64,000 bases of DNA from assembly GCF_030684315.1 (NCBI RefSeq), contig NC_081365.1, forward strand, positions 39,206,985-39,270,984. Direction: 5' to 3'. The stretch comes from Stegostoma tigrinum. Its lineage: Eukaryota. Positions 52,188-64,000 of the stretch are shown in pieces. Within the stretch, counting starts at the first letter, position 1. Every line of letters starts with the position of its first letter. Under the pieces are notes generated by a model. The model saw only the letters and a program-made list of their open reading frames with translations. It ran no database searches and was not told the DNA's origin. Both the position numbers and the translations under genes were made by a program.

Positions 52188-54425
52188 TGACTCTTATTTT
52201 CAGCTCTTTCAGACACATTCTGCTTTTGACCTCATTACAGTCTTGGTTCAAACATGGACCAAAGAGATGAACTCCAGGTATGAAGCGAGACTGACTGTCC
52301 ATGGCTGTCAAGACCACATTTGAATGAGTGCAGCATCATGGAGCTCTAGCAAAGCTGGGACATTGAGGATCAGGAGGAAAACTGTCCACTGTTTGTATTT
52401 TTAGCTGGCAAAGGACAGTGGTTGTGATTGTTGGAAGTCAGTCATCTTACTCCCAGGACATCATTGCAGGAGTTCATCAGGGTAGTGTCCTGAGCCCAAC
52501 CATCTTCAGGTGCATCATCAATAACCTTCCCTCATTATAAAGTCAGAAGTGGGGATGCTCGCTGATGATTTCACAAAGCAAGTCTAACCATCATCCATTG
52601 ACATTCAATGGCATTACCATTACCAAATCCCCCACTATCAAAGTCCTGGGGGTTAATGTTGTCCTGAAACTTAACAGGACCAGCCATTTACATACTGTAG
52701 TTACAAGTGTATGTCTGAGACTGGAAATTCTGGTGAATAACTTATCTCTTGACTCCCAAAGATCTTCCTGCCATCTAAAATGCACACATCAGGAGTGTTA
52801 TGGAATATTCTCAACTTGCGTGGGTGAATTCAGCTTCAACAACACTCAAGAAGCTCAAACTTATACAGGATACAGCAGCCCACTGATTGGCATCCCTTCT
52901 AAAACCTTCAACATTTCCTTCCTCTACCACTGACATATAATGGCAGCAGTGTGTATCATCTGCAAGACAGCTTGCAACAAATTAACCAAGGCTCCTTCAA
53001 TGAGCTATACTATTTAGAATCATGAAGACAGCAGATAATTGGAAACAAAACCACCTGCAAGTTCCCCTTCAAGACACACACGACACTGACTTGGAGAATT
53101 ATCACCATTCCTTCATTGTCACTTGGTCAAAATCCTGCAACTTGCTCCTTAAGAGCAATATGGGCATCTTGACATAGACTGCAGCAGAACAAGAAGACTG
53201 CTCAACACCAATTTCTCATAGGCAATTAGGGATGGGCACTAAATGCTGGACTAATGAATGCTTGAAAAGGAACATGTTGAAACTTTACATCAGAATTTAC
53301 AGATTGATCATGCGAACAAGCTAAACTTGAGCTACGTTTGGTCAGTTTGTGGAAAAAACTGAGGCACAGCTGATTAGTACAAATGGTATTTTGCACATAG
53401 GCTGTGGTTCACTTATCACACATAATGACAAATTACTTTGAAATCTTTTCTTCCAGGGTGTTTGAGAGAATATATTCTGATTGATACCAATGTACGTTAG
53501 TGAAAATGACTGACAGGGCGTTGATGATTCCTATAGTACTGACGACATACATCCCAAAAAAAATATAAAATCAAAGCAAGGTACTGGGGATCTGAAAAAA
53601 GTATCATGTGTCAGAAAAACTAAGCTGGTCTGATTTTGTATTGGTAGACAGCGGAACAGGATTAACATGTCAAGTTCAATATGACTGTTCTTTGAAAGGT
53701 CACAGAAACCGGCTTAGTTGAGCACCAGAAGATCATAAACCTGAGTTATGTCTTTAAACCACACACCGTTATTTTGGGGATAATGTTTAAGTCTGAGCCT
53801 CTGAAATATGATCCCAATAGTTACATGAAAGATTCTGCTGGAAAGTAGTTACTAAAGCAGATCTCAGCATATATAAGGGCTGCACAATCTCTGTGTAATT
53901 ATTGTTAATAAATACTATTTGAAGGAACAACTGGAAGTCTGGCCTGAGATTATTTGAAAAGCAGATGGATCCACACTAAAACATCTCTGAAGCACTTTGA
54001 ACGTTTTATACCTCAGAGGCATGATATAAATGCAAACTTCAAATATAAATGTGTGCTGCTGTCACACTTTAGTCACACCCTATAATTCAACAGCACATTG
54101 CATTTAGAATAGAAAAATGACACTGAGCCAAAGAAAGGCTTTACAATGGTTGACAAAAACTTGAGGAAAAGAGGTGGGTTTTATGGAGTGCCTTAAAGAA
54201 TGGAAGGAAGACAGGAGGGATCTAGGAAGAAATTCCAGAGCACAGTGCGGCTGAAGGGAAGTTACCAATACTGGTGAGAAGTGAGGACCTATAAAGCAGG
54301 TAAACATTATGGAGCTAGGAAGAATCTTGGCTACAAAGAGATTTAAAATCAAAAATTGAATTTGAAACACACCAGGATGATATAGGTAATGAGATAAAGC
54401 ATTTTTAGGAATTTGTGTAGGATAC

Positions 54426-54641
54426 AGAGATAGTAGGAACTGCAGATGCTGAAAAATCTGAGATAACAAGGTATACAGCTGGATGAATACAGCTGGCCAA
54501 GCAGCATTAGAGGAGCAGGAAGGCTGACGTTTCAGGCCTAGATCCTTCTTCAGAAGGGTCCAGGCCTGAAATGTCAGCCTTCCTGCTCCTCTGGTGCTGC
54601 TTGGCCTGCTGTGTTCATCCACCTCTACACCTTTTTATCTC
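54426..54641. mobile_element. Miniature PLE fold-back (related older subfamily)
   Basis: ~90 bp inverted arms meeting at the hammerhead (~54550); degraded TSD core tgtgtag at 54414 and 54642. Confidence 0.82.
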
Positions 54642-55147
54642 TGTGTAGAGTGCTTTGTATGAGTTGAAGAGGATTGATGGTGAAGAATTAGAAGTAGGCT
54701 AGGATCACATTGTTCAACATGAAGTTGCATAGGCAAAATGTAGATCAGATGAGTAGTGGTGGTTAAGGAAGTGAAATGAATTAATCTTTGTGATGGATGT
54801 TCCTTAATGTGTAATTTGATACTAATGTATGGATAATTTTCTAATTACAGAATCACTGAAACAGACCTGGGGAGAAGCTGAAAAGTCCTGGATCAGTCCT
54901 ATTCTTGCTTGTCCACAATGAATGCAAAAGAACAATTTCCCTCAAGAAGCTGACAGGTCCAGCATCTGGTCAAGCTGCTAGGCATCTCCAAGGTCAAGTT
55001 GTCCCTCACATATTATTAAATGTCAGTAGCTTCTGCCTTTGATATGTTAACTAAACCCCCCTACCTCTCTTCTGGAGATCACTTTTCCATGTAGTAATTT
55101 ATGGGCCTTTAAGATTTAGACATGTGAAAAAAAAAGGCAGGAATATC

Positions 55148-55275
55148 AGAAATAGTAAGAACTGCCAATGCTGGAGTCAGAGATAACACAGTGTGGAGCT
55201 GGAGGAGCACAGCAGACCAGGCAGCATCAGAGGAGCAAGAAAGTTGATGTTTCGGGTCTGGACTCTTCTTCAGAA
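55148..55275 (-). mobile_element. PLE 3' terminal fragment
   Basis: Similar to 54426-54553. Confidence 0.75.
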
Positions 55276-55324
55276 ATAATCTCTTTCTTCACAGTTTTTA
55301 TTAAAAATCTCCAGTGATATTCTA

Positions 55325-56975
55325 TCAAGGTTCCGCATCCTAGACTGGTTAGCAAGATTAGATCACGTAGGAAATGGGTACCCAGCCAATTTATACAAAA
55401 TTGGCTTGCAGGTGGGAGACAGAGGGTAGTGGTGGAGGGTTGCTTTTTGGACTGATGGTCTGTGACCAGCAGTGTGCCGCAAGTGTCGATGATGGGTCCT
55501 TTACTTTTTGTCATTTATATAAATGATTTGGATTTGAACATAGGAGGTACGGTTAGCAAGTTTGCAGATCACGAAAATTGGTGGTGTAGTGGACAGCCAA
55601 AAACATTATCTCAGAGCACAATCGGATCTTAATCAGATGGGCAAATGGCTCAGGTGTGACAGATGGAGATTAATTTAGATAAATGTGAGGTGTTGCATAG
55701 TGGTAAGGGAAACCAGGGCAAGACTTTTTATAGTTCATAATAGGGGTCTGGGGACTGTTGCAGAACAAGGACACCTAGGGGTGCAGGTGCATAGTTCCTT
55801 GAAAATGGAGTTGTAGGTAGACAGGGTGGTGAAGAAAGCTTTTGGTATGCTTGTCTTTATTAATTGGTGCATTGAGTATGGGAGTTAATACGTCATGTTG
55901 CAGCTGTACAGGACATTGGTGAGGCCACTTATGGAATATTCCATATAATTCTTGTCTCCCTGCTATAAGAAAGTGTTAAAAATTGAAAGGGTTCAGAAAA
56001 TATTTCCAAGGGTATTGTTGGGATTGGAGGGTTTGAGCACAGGGAGGGGCTGAAATAAGCTGGGGCATTTTCCCCTGGAGCACTGGGGGCTGAAGGGTGA
56101 CATTATCATTGAATCATAGACTACCTACAGTGTGGAAGCAGGCCATTCAGTCCAGAAAGTCCATACCCACCCTTCCGAAGAGCATTCCACCCAGACCCAC
56201 ACCCCGACCCTGTCCCTATAATGCCATGGCTAATGCACCTACCCTGTACAACCTGGACATTATATGCAATTTAGCATGGCCACTCCACCTAACCTGCATA
56301 TCTTTGGATTGGGGGAGGAAACTAGAGCACCTGGAAGAAACCTACATGGACATTGGGCAAATATGCAAACACCATACAGACGGTTGCCTGAGGCTGGATT
56401 CAAACCCAGGTCCCTATCACTGGAGGCAGCGGTGCTAACCACTGAGCCATCGTTATACCCTTGGCATTTCTTACACCTACCAGCCTTGTTCTTCACAATA
56501 ACTGGAACACACTGTCTCTGAACTCTCATTATCTCATTTTTGGAAGCCTCCCACTTCCCAACTGTCCGTTTATCTGTGAATAGCCTCCCCCAATCAACTT
56601 TTCAAGATTCCTCTTGTAAAGCCATGAATGGGATGAATAGCCAAGGTCTTTTTACCAGGGTGGGGGCGTATAAAAGTAGATCTAATCTAATCTAGACAGC
56701 GTAAGTTCAAGGTGAGAAGGGAAAAATTTAAAAGGGACCTAAGGAGTAATTTTTTCATGTAGAGTGTGTGGTGTGTGTATGGAATGAGTTGCCAGGGGAA
56801 GTAGTGGAGGCAGGTACAGTCACAACATTTAAAAGGCATTTGGATAGGGAGGGATTAGAGGGATATGAACCAAATGCTGCCAAATGGGACTAGATCAATT
56901 TGGAATATCAGGTTAGTGCAGGTCGAAGTTGAATCAAAGGGTCTGTTTCTGTGCTGTGTAACTCTATGACTTTAT
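55325..56975 (+). mobile_element. CR1 LINE 3' portion, interrupted at ~56106-56613
   Basis: VTSSVPQ, GPLLFVIYINDLD, SKFAD; CR1 tail. Confidence 0.87.
56106..56455 (-). mobile_element. tRNA-derived shark SINE (HE1-like)
   Basis: A box TGGCTCAGTGG, B box GGTTTGAATCC; homologous to 12909-13212. Confidence 0.83.
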
Positions 56976-57088
56976 CAAAAAGTACTTTTCTGATATATGG
57001 TGCCACATCAGTTCTTCTCCCATTCTGTGTAAACAATGAAAAACAAGAAATGATTGCATGATTAACACATTAAAAAATAAATACTTAC

Positions 57089-57293
57089 CTCAGGAAAATG
57101 ACAATTATATCCAGTGCACTTTCACTCACTCTGCTGTCTCCCCAATACTTCATACTTGGCAGACCAACTTCATGCATGTGCTCCTGACTCAATCCCTCCC
57201 TAGTTTCACCTATGACCAGTCTACATTCCGCTGTTTGTGGCCTCCTGCCACTTACTGCTCTGGCCATTCCCTCTTGCAGTTTTTTACTATTTC
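57089..57293 (-). other. Candidate alternative (cassette) exon in the last IGSF3 intron
   Basis: Pyrimidine-rich acceptor ...tcttccAG, consensus donor AG|GTAAGT, 205 nt, open in the frame set by the upstream phase-1 donor; no homology support. Confidence 0.35.
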
Positions 57294-57864
57294 CTGGAAG
57301 ACTATTAATACAAAAACAGAGGAAAAAACTAGAAAATGAGGGAGAGAAACGATGATACAAAATAGATAAATAGAAACAATAACAGAAGAACAGATATCAA
57401 CAAAGAGAATAGGAGGTACAGTAACAGATCAACTTAGACAAATGAAGAAAGTTAGGAATACAGGAAGAAATGCATAGAAATGAGAGGAATAAAACACAAC
57501 ATTAACTTGCATTTTACAGTAACTTTGCCCCAGTAAAATATTTGACTCTACTTCACATAAAGTGGACACTAAGCAGTCGTGGAGGACGAAATTGGTGACT
57601 GTAGACAAAATCAAAACTGTTTGCCGTGGCTGCGGCAACTTGAATGTGTGAAAAAGGAACGAAAAATTGACAAAGACAAACAAATGAGCTCAAGTCCTGA
57701 CAGCAAAGTTGCTGGTTTAAGTGATCCAGGTAGCGAAGAGAGACAATTCAGATTCTGGTGGTTGTAGCTTTCAAGGTTCAAGTGTTTCACATTTAAACCT
57801 TGCTGCAAATCGAGAAGTGTCAGGGGTCTGGAAATGGTTAGGAAGATTTGTGTCTTAGAGATTA

Positions 57865-58052
57865 GCTGGGATCTGGAGGTTGAGCCATTCGGCCCAACAG
57901 GCCTGCACCAATCAAGCCTCCAAAGAGAATCCCACGGAGACCCATCCCCTAACCCTGCATTTTCTATGACTAATCCACCTAGCCTGCACATCCTTGAACA
58001 CTATGGGCAATTTAGTATGGCCAATCCAACTAACCTGCATATCTTTGGACTG
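57865..58052 (-). mobile_element. HE1-like SINE 3' fragment
   Basis: Similar to 12920-13075. Confidence 0.75.
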
Positions 58053-58184
58053 TTTTCATCACAAAATCTGGACTTCTTCATAAAGCATTCCCAAAGCATC
58101 ATATACTTGGCATTAAGAATGAACTTAATTATTTAATATAATATGATTCAGGAAATATCAGCATTTTTCACGTGAACGAGTTAC

Positions 58185-58607
58185 CTTTGTCTTGTACAGT
58201 GACCATGACCAGCCCAGACTCATCCTCTCCTAGCTTATACCAGACCTTGTTGGCGTTTTGAATCCACTCCTCCACGTGGCATGAGTAGTTGCCTGTATCA
58301 CTGCTGGCAGAATCCTGCACAGTCAAGCTGTACAGTCCATTGGAAGGTCTCTCTAACTGCAATCTCTCCTTCATTCCTTCGACTCCATCCAGGGAAACAT
58401 CGAATGCAAACACTGAATTGTAATCAACTTTTAAAATGGCCTCCTTCACAATTTGGTCAGCACCTTCTTTGACTTTCCACACGAACCAAGTTACAGCAAA
58501 TTGAGAATTATCTTGTGTTTGGTGGGTTACATTACAGGTGAGCTGAAACAGGTCCTTCTCTGGTATGCTAATATTCAATTCAGTTTTATCCACTTGCATT
58601 TTAAATT
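58185..58607 (-). CDS. IGSF3: IGSF3 last (membrane-proximal) V-type Ig domain exon
   Basis: FQLTC...FAVTW...YSLTV...DTGNYSCHVEEWI (EWI motif); acceptor gcaaacAG at 58608-58609, donor AAG|GTAAC; 423 nt, phase 1-1. Confidence 0.93.
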
Positions 58608-58944
58608 CTGTTTGCAAAATTGAAAACAAGAAGTTAACAGATTTTAAAGTTTAACTTGTAAAAATCTGAGAAAGTCAATGTACCCATTTTTCAGTTTGTT
58701 GAACAAACTCACTAATCTGATCCTCCTAACAGGGCGACACATTTGAACACAATGGGCAGGTCACAGCATCTGCTGTGTTGCAGTCCTACCTCTAATCCTT
58801 ACTTCCATTATTCGTTGCTTCCAACTGGGAGTGCAGGATCAGTAAATTTATCTTAAGTTCACACTATTCCTCTCCTTCAAAGAGTGAAACAAAGGACATC
58901 CAGTCATCTCTGCCCAGATCAACCCACCAGCAGGAAAGATTGAA

Positions 58945-60345
58945 AGGTGCAGTGTGGTGCGGGAGTGTGGTGTGGACGAGGAAGTCACTGAGAGAGTGGT
59001 CCCTCAGGAAGGCAGATGGGGTGGGGAGGGAAACATATTCTTGGTTGTGGGGTCATTTTGTAGGTGGTGGAAGTGGTGTTGAATGATTTGTTGAATCCGG
59101 AGGTTAGTGGAGTATACATGAGGACAAGGGGAATTCTGTCTTCGTTTTTGTTGCGGGGAGGGTGTGTGATCGTTGAGGTGTGGGGAATACAAGTAACGTG
59201 GTCAAGAGCATTTTCGACCAATAAAGTGGGGAAGTTGCGGTCCTGGAAATACGAGAACATCTGGGATGTTCGGGAGAGGAATGCTTCATCTTGGGAGCAG
59301 AAGTGGAGGAATTGGGAGTAGGGGATTGTATCCTTGCAGGAATGTGGGTGAGAGGAGACGTACTTTAGGTAGCTGTGAGAGTCAATGGCTTGAAATAGAT
59401 ATCAGTTTTTAAGGGGGTTACCACAGATGGAGACAGAGAGGTCCAGGAAGGAGAGAGAGGTATCAGAGATGGTCCAGGTGAATTTGAGGTTAGGGTGAAA
59501 GGTGTTAATAAAATTGATGAACTGTTAGAGCTCTTCCACCAATACAGTCATCGATGTAGCAGAAGAGGTGGGGAATAGCCCCAGTGTAGCTGTCCTACGA
59601 AAAGGCAGGCATAGCTTGGGCCCATGCGGGTTCCCATGGCCAACCCCTTAATCTGTACTAAGTGGGAGGTGTTAAAGGAGAAGTTGTTCAGGGTAAGGAC
59701 ATGTTTGGTTAAGCGGATGAGGGTGTCGGTGGAGCGGAACTGGTTGGGCCTGTGGGAGAAGAAGTGGTGGACGGCTTTTAGGCCATTTGCGTGGGCAATG
59801 CAAGTGTACAGGGATTGGACATCCATAGTGAAGATGAGATGTTGCGGGCCAGGGAATTGGAAGTCTAGGAGGAGGTGGAGGGTGTGGGTGGTGTCCTAGA
59901 CATAAGTAGGGAGTTCTTGGACCAGGGGTGGAGGGGAGAAAATAGAGTCAAGACAAGCAGAAATAAGTTCAGTGGGGCAGGAGCAGGGAGAGACAATGGG
60001 TCGGCCAGGGCAGTTAGGTTTGTGGATTTTGGGAAGGAAATAGAAATGGGTGGTGCGGGGTTGGGGAACAATGAGGTTGAAGGCTGTGGGCAGGAGGTCA
60101 CCTGAGGTGATGAGGTTATGGATGGTCTGGGAGATGGTGTTTTGGTGGTCGGGGTTGGGGTCATGATTGAGGTAGGCGGAGGTGTCAGAGTGTTGGCACC
60201 TGGCCTCCAAGATGTAAAGGTCAGTACGCCATACTACAACTGCGCCTCCCTTGTCTGTGGTTTGATGGTGAGTTTAGGGTTGGAGCAGAGGAAATGGAGG
60301 GCTGCACGTTCTGTGGGGGAGAGACTGGAGTGAGTGAGAGGGGTG
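58945..60345 (-). mobile_element. Older Neptune-type PLE RT region, decayed
   Basis: DKGGAVVVW (frameshifted), YFLPKIHKPNCPGRPIVS, MDVQSLYT, GLAMGTRMGP; extends further 5' than the other copies. Confidence 0.88.
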
Positions 60346-62334
60346 TCATATATTTTGCATGCCGTGAGTAGTCAACAGTGGAAAACAATATTCAATGAGC
60401 CCAAATTAGTTAGAAAATCTCATGACAACTGGTTTACAATTATTTAAAGGCAACTTGCACCAGTTGGGATGTGCAGCTGTGTAAAGCCAGTGATTTTCTT
60501 TGCTTAACTCCATGGGATAAGGGAGGGGAGCAGGAGATGGAGTTCCTGTGTGGAAGCTTGAGAATGGCAACAGTGAATCAATAGTAAATAGATTGTCGAG
60601 TGGGGTCACTATAATAGAGGAGTGAGTTCACAAGTATAGGGAAGTGAAATAGGAAGGGCATTGGATCCTGGAAATGACGAGATAGTGAAATCAAGAAAGT
60701 ATGGGGGCAAAGGGCATTGTCAGTGTAATCCAAATGAGAGTCCGTTTCAGGTCATTGGTGGGCAGAATCCTCACAGGGCTTTGGTAGAACATTTCAACTA
60801 ATCCCTGCAGAGATCATTCTTGGACAATATCCTTTGTAATGAATGGAAGAGGGGACCAGTTGAGCTTGCAAATTCAGCTGTGTCCCACAGTGTGGTGAGT
60901 ACAACACTGGACACTAACATAAATACTCAAAGGCTGAGCACAAAAATACAGCATTGTTTCTTCCACTATAAAGGAAATATCCCTATAACATCCCTGCAAT
61001 CATCAACACATCCCAACCATGAGGTAGGCCAGAACATTTAACTTTGACTAAGATAGTCTCAACAAAGAACAATGATGCACACATGAATAATGTAAAATCA
61101 TTGTAATGTGAAATACTTACAACTTAAATTTAATTTTGAGGAACACCTGCACCACCTTTGGGCTCTCAAGTCTTATGTTAATGTCAGTGGAGTTGGGCAG
61201 AATGCTGTGGTCAAGATACAGAGTCTCCTTGTTTGACCACAAGCTCCTCTGACCAGACCCTCTGTAGGTGCAGCATTGTCAACTGATGGCAGGTTTTACC
61301 AATGAGAAAATTCTGCTGCCACTAAATCAAATGTGTTTTGCATGCAGACACCTGCACTTCTAGATTTAAATTTAATCATATGGGAAGAGGCAAATATGGG
61401 AAATGAAAGTGGCAAGCTGTTGAGAAAATCCCAGTCATGGAGTTAGCTCCATAACGTCTGTCCACCTTCAAGCAGTTTTCCCGTGGAACAGTCCCTAATG
61501 GCTGAGGTTTCCCCGCCTCATTTTTCCAGATACAGATACCATGAGTGGTGCTTCCCCTACCCCACAATTCACCGCAGTAAAGACGCAGTCAAGCCCACAT
61601 CCACAAAGTGCAGATTCAGGAGTGAAAACCATTGCCTGCTGTCTTGAGACATGCATTGTAGATTGCAGTCAATTTCCATTTAACACTAACAGTAAGATTA
61701 TACTACATTAAAACTGCATCATCAAAACCACAGCTAGAGGCTTACATTTGGTCCCAGTAATAATGTGGCTGTCAAATGAAGCTCATTCCGGAAAGGTTCC
61801 AATCCACAATGGCCTATTTCATGTCTTTCCTCCATATGTATTAAAAAATAGATTCTGTGCAGCTGATATCAAAATTTCAGTTTCTGCTGAACTATTCCTT
61901 GTGATTCACTAATATATTAATTTCTGGAGTTCCCTGGAGCTCAATCCCATCAGCTAACTCAAATAAACTGTTATCTTGGCAGGATAATTTCTGCCTCCTT
62001 TGCATCTGATCACACCTTCCACCTTTTCTGGCTATTGTCACTGAAGTTGACATCAGTTTAATCATGAATAAATGAGGCAGAGATGAACGACCAGCTAATA
62101 GTTCAGTTGAAATAACTCTTTTAAAGTAAGTCACACTGTGATTAAGTCAATATTAACACCAGCACTGCTAATGAGATTTAAAGAGATTGCCTTAGGCAAA
62201 CTATGGCTATATGATTAGATTTGCTTTTCGTTTATTTCCATTTAATAACATCTGTGCCTTGACTCACAAGTAACCAATATATAATTATCATCCAAGAAAT
62301 TTGTGCCTAACTGCCTGACGATACCTCTGGCCAC

Positions 62335-62570
62335 AAAAGTATGAGAAAGAAGAACAGGAGTCAGCTACATCATACCGAGATTGCTCCATCATTCAATAAT
62401 GTCATGATTCAGCTGATCCTGGCCTGAATTCCACCTCACTGCCTAAGTCCCATTGGCCTTGGTTCCCTTGTAGACCAACAAACCAGCCTTCATGACTCTG
62501 AGATGAAAAATTCCAGTTTAACAATACTCTGAGAAGAAATTTCTCCTCATCTTCATCTTAAATGGGAGAC
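62335..62570 (-). mobile_element. CR1 3' tail fragment
   Basis: Reverse-complement similarity to CR1 3' ends in the window. Confidence 0.6.
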
Positions 62571-62574
62571 TTAA

Positions 62575-63030
62575 ATGAGATGGTTGGATTATGAGGACAG
62601 ACTGAGGAGACTGAGCTTATACTCATTGGAATTCATAAGAATGAGGGGAATCTTATAGAAACATAAGATTATGAAGGGAATAAATAAAGTGGAAGCAGGG
62701 AGGTTGTTTCCACTCGCAGGTGAAACTAGGACTAGAGGGCATTGCCTCAAAATAAAGGGAAGCAGATGTAGGACTGTGGTCAGGAGGAACTTATTCACCC
62801 AAAGGGTTGTGAATCTGTGGAATTCCCTGCCCGGTGAAGTGGTTGAAGTTACCTCACTGAATGTTTTTAAGGCAAGGTTAGATAAATTTTTGAACAGTAA
62901 AGGAATTAAGGGTTATGGCGAGTGGGTGGGTAAGTGGAGCTGAGTCTGAAAGATCAACCGTGATCTTATTAAATTGCGGGGCAGGCTTGGGGGCCAGATG
63001 GCCTACTCCTCCTGGTTCTTATGTTCTCTC
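62575..63030 (+). mobile_element. CR1 LINE 3' fragment
   Basis: RMRGNLIETY...LFTQRVVNLWNSLP; tail ggttcttatgttct. Confidence 0.88.
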
Positions 63031-64000
63031 ATTTTGAAGCTTTGCCCCTAGTCCTGGAAACCCCGACAGCAAGAAACACACTCTCTTCATTTACTCTGTC
63101 AAATACTCTTATGTGCTCATGTTTCTAAATTGTTTCTCATTCCTGACCTTTCAGGACAGCCCTCCAACAATCAAATATTCTTTCCACTTCCACCCCATTG
63201 CATACACACATGTATGCAGATGTATAATGTGTATACTGTAACTGTTAAGCTGCCAAAGTGTGATATACTACTGGACAGAGCACTGCTACAAACAGGATTA
63301 ACTTTGCTCAGGTATTGGCTAGAATCTGATGTCTTTATTACTGACATAACTGAATTTATCAATGCTGCATCATTGAATTAACAGGACTGATCTAACCCAC
63401 GACAGTGACAGTGCACTTCTTCGAAATACAGAGCACACGTTACCAGCTCTTATTTTTCAGAAAACCCGAGCATGCATTTAAATCTTGCTCATCCCACATT
63501 ACCTGCATTAAACGTGTGTGATTTTGAGGGTTGGGGGCAACACGTATGGCAAGCAAAATACTTGAACAACATGCACTGTGGTATTATGACGGACAATGTA
63601 TTTTGATTCCAGCATCTGTATTGGAGGCAAGATAACATAACTTGGTTGGGAATTGATGGTGCATTGGGATGCAATGCATTCAGTGCCAAAAGAGGTGAAA
63701 CGTTCTCTGCTATATTTACGATGCTAACATCGTTGTAATTTAAAATGGAGGCTAACTCAGTCCATATCAATCTGTTGAAAGGTATTACATTTCAGAAACC
63801 AGATTTCAGCTAATGTTTTGCATAATTTAATTCTTCATACATTATAGAATCATGTCTTAAAATTTTCAGTAAGGTAGACTCATATACTATGGTCTAATGC
63901 TAATCAAAAGGATAGTTTTTGAAACAATCCTTCATTAAAACATTCTTTCCTAAACTGAAAATAATAGCTATACGGTACCTGGTTGTTGTACAGTAACAAA

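Larger units (their letters stand above)
48470..53250 (+). mobile_element. Older copy of the CR1/L2-group LINE, interrupted by PLEs at 48891-50957 and 52012-52187
   Basis: Colinear similarity to 35050-37818 on both sides of the insertions; tail ggcaattagggatgggcactaaatgctgg. Confidence 0.82.

Overview
Vertebrate (almost certainly cartilaginous fish/shark, inferred from the repeat families) genomic DNA, largely transposon-derived. The only recognisable host gene is the 3' end of IGSF3 (EWI-family Ig protein) on the minus strand: last Ig-domain exon 58185-58607 and TM/cytoplasmic terminal exon 47309-47559, with a candidate frame-shifting cassette exon at 57089-57293 between them. The first 4.7 kb is a polypyrimidine satellite with a 325-N gap; its GGER-rich ORFs are artefacts. 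The rest is a nested mosaic of CR1 LINEs, a CR1/L2-group LINE with a Deu-like 5' segment, tRNA-derived SINEs, a decayed Gypsy pol, an RTE remnant and many Penelope-like elements (PLEs). The most striking pattern is eight PLE insertions from at least three families that are fold-back (inverted) structures. They carry minimal hammerhead ribozyme cores and have 10-15 bp target-site duplications (only a 7 bp core survives in one). One arm has the full 3' terminus and the other always stops 30-39 nt short of it. Repeat boundaries are by-eye estimates unless a TSD is quoted.
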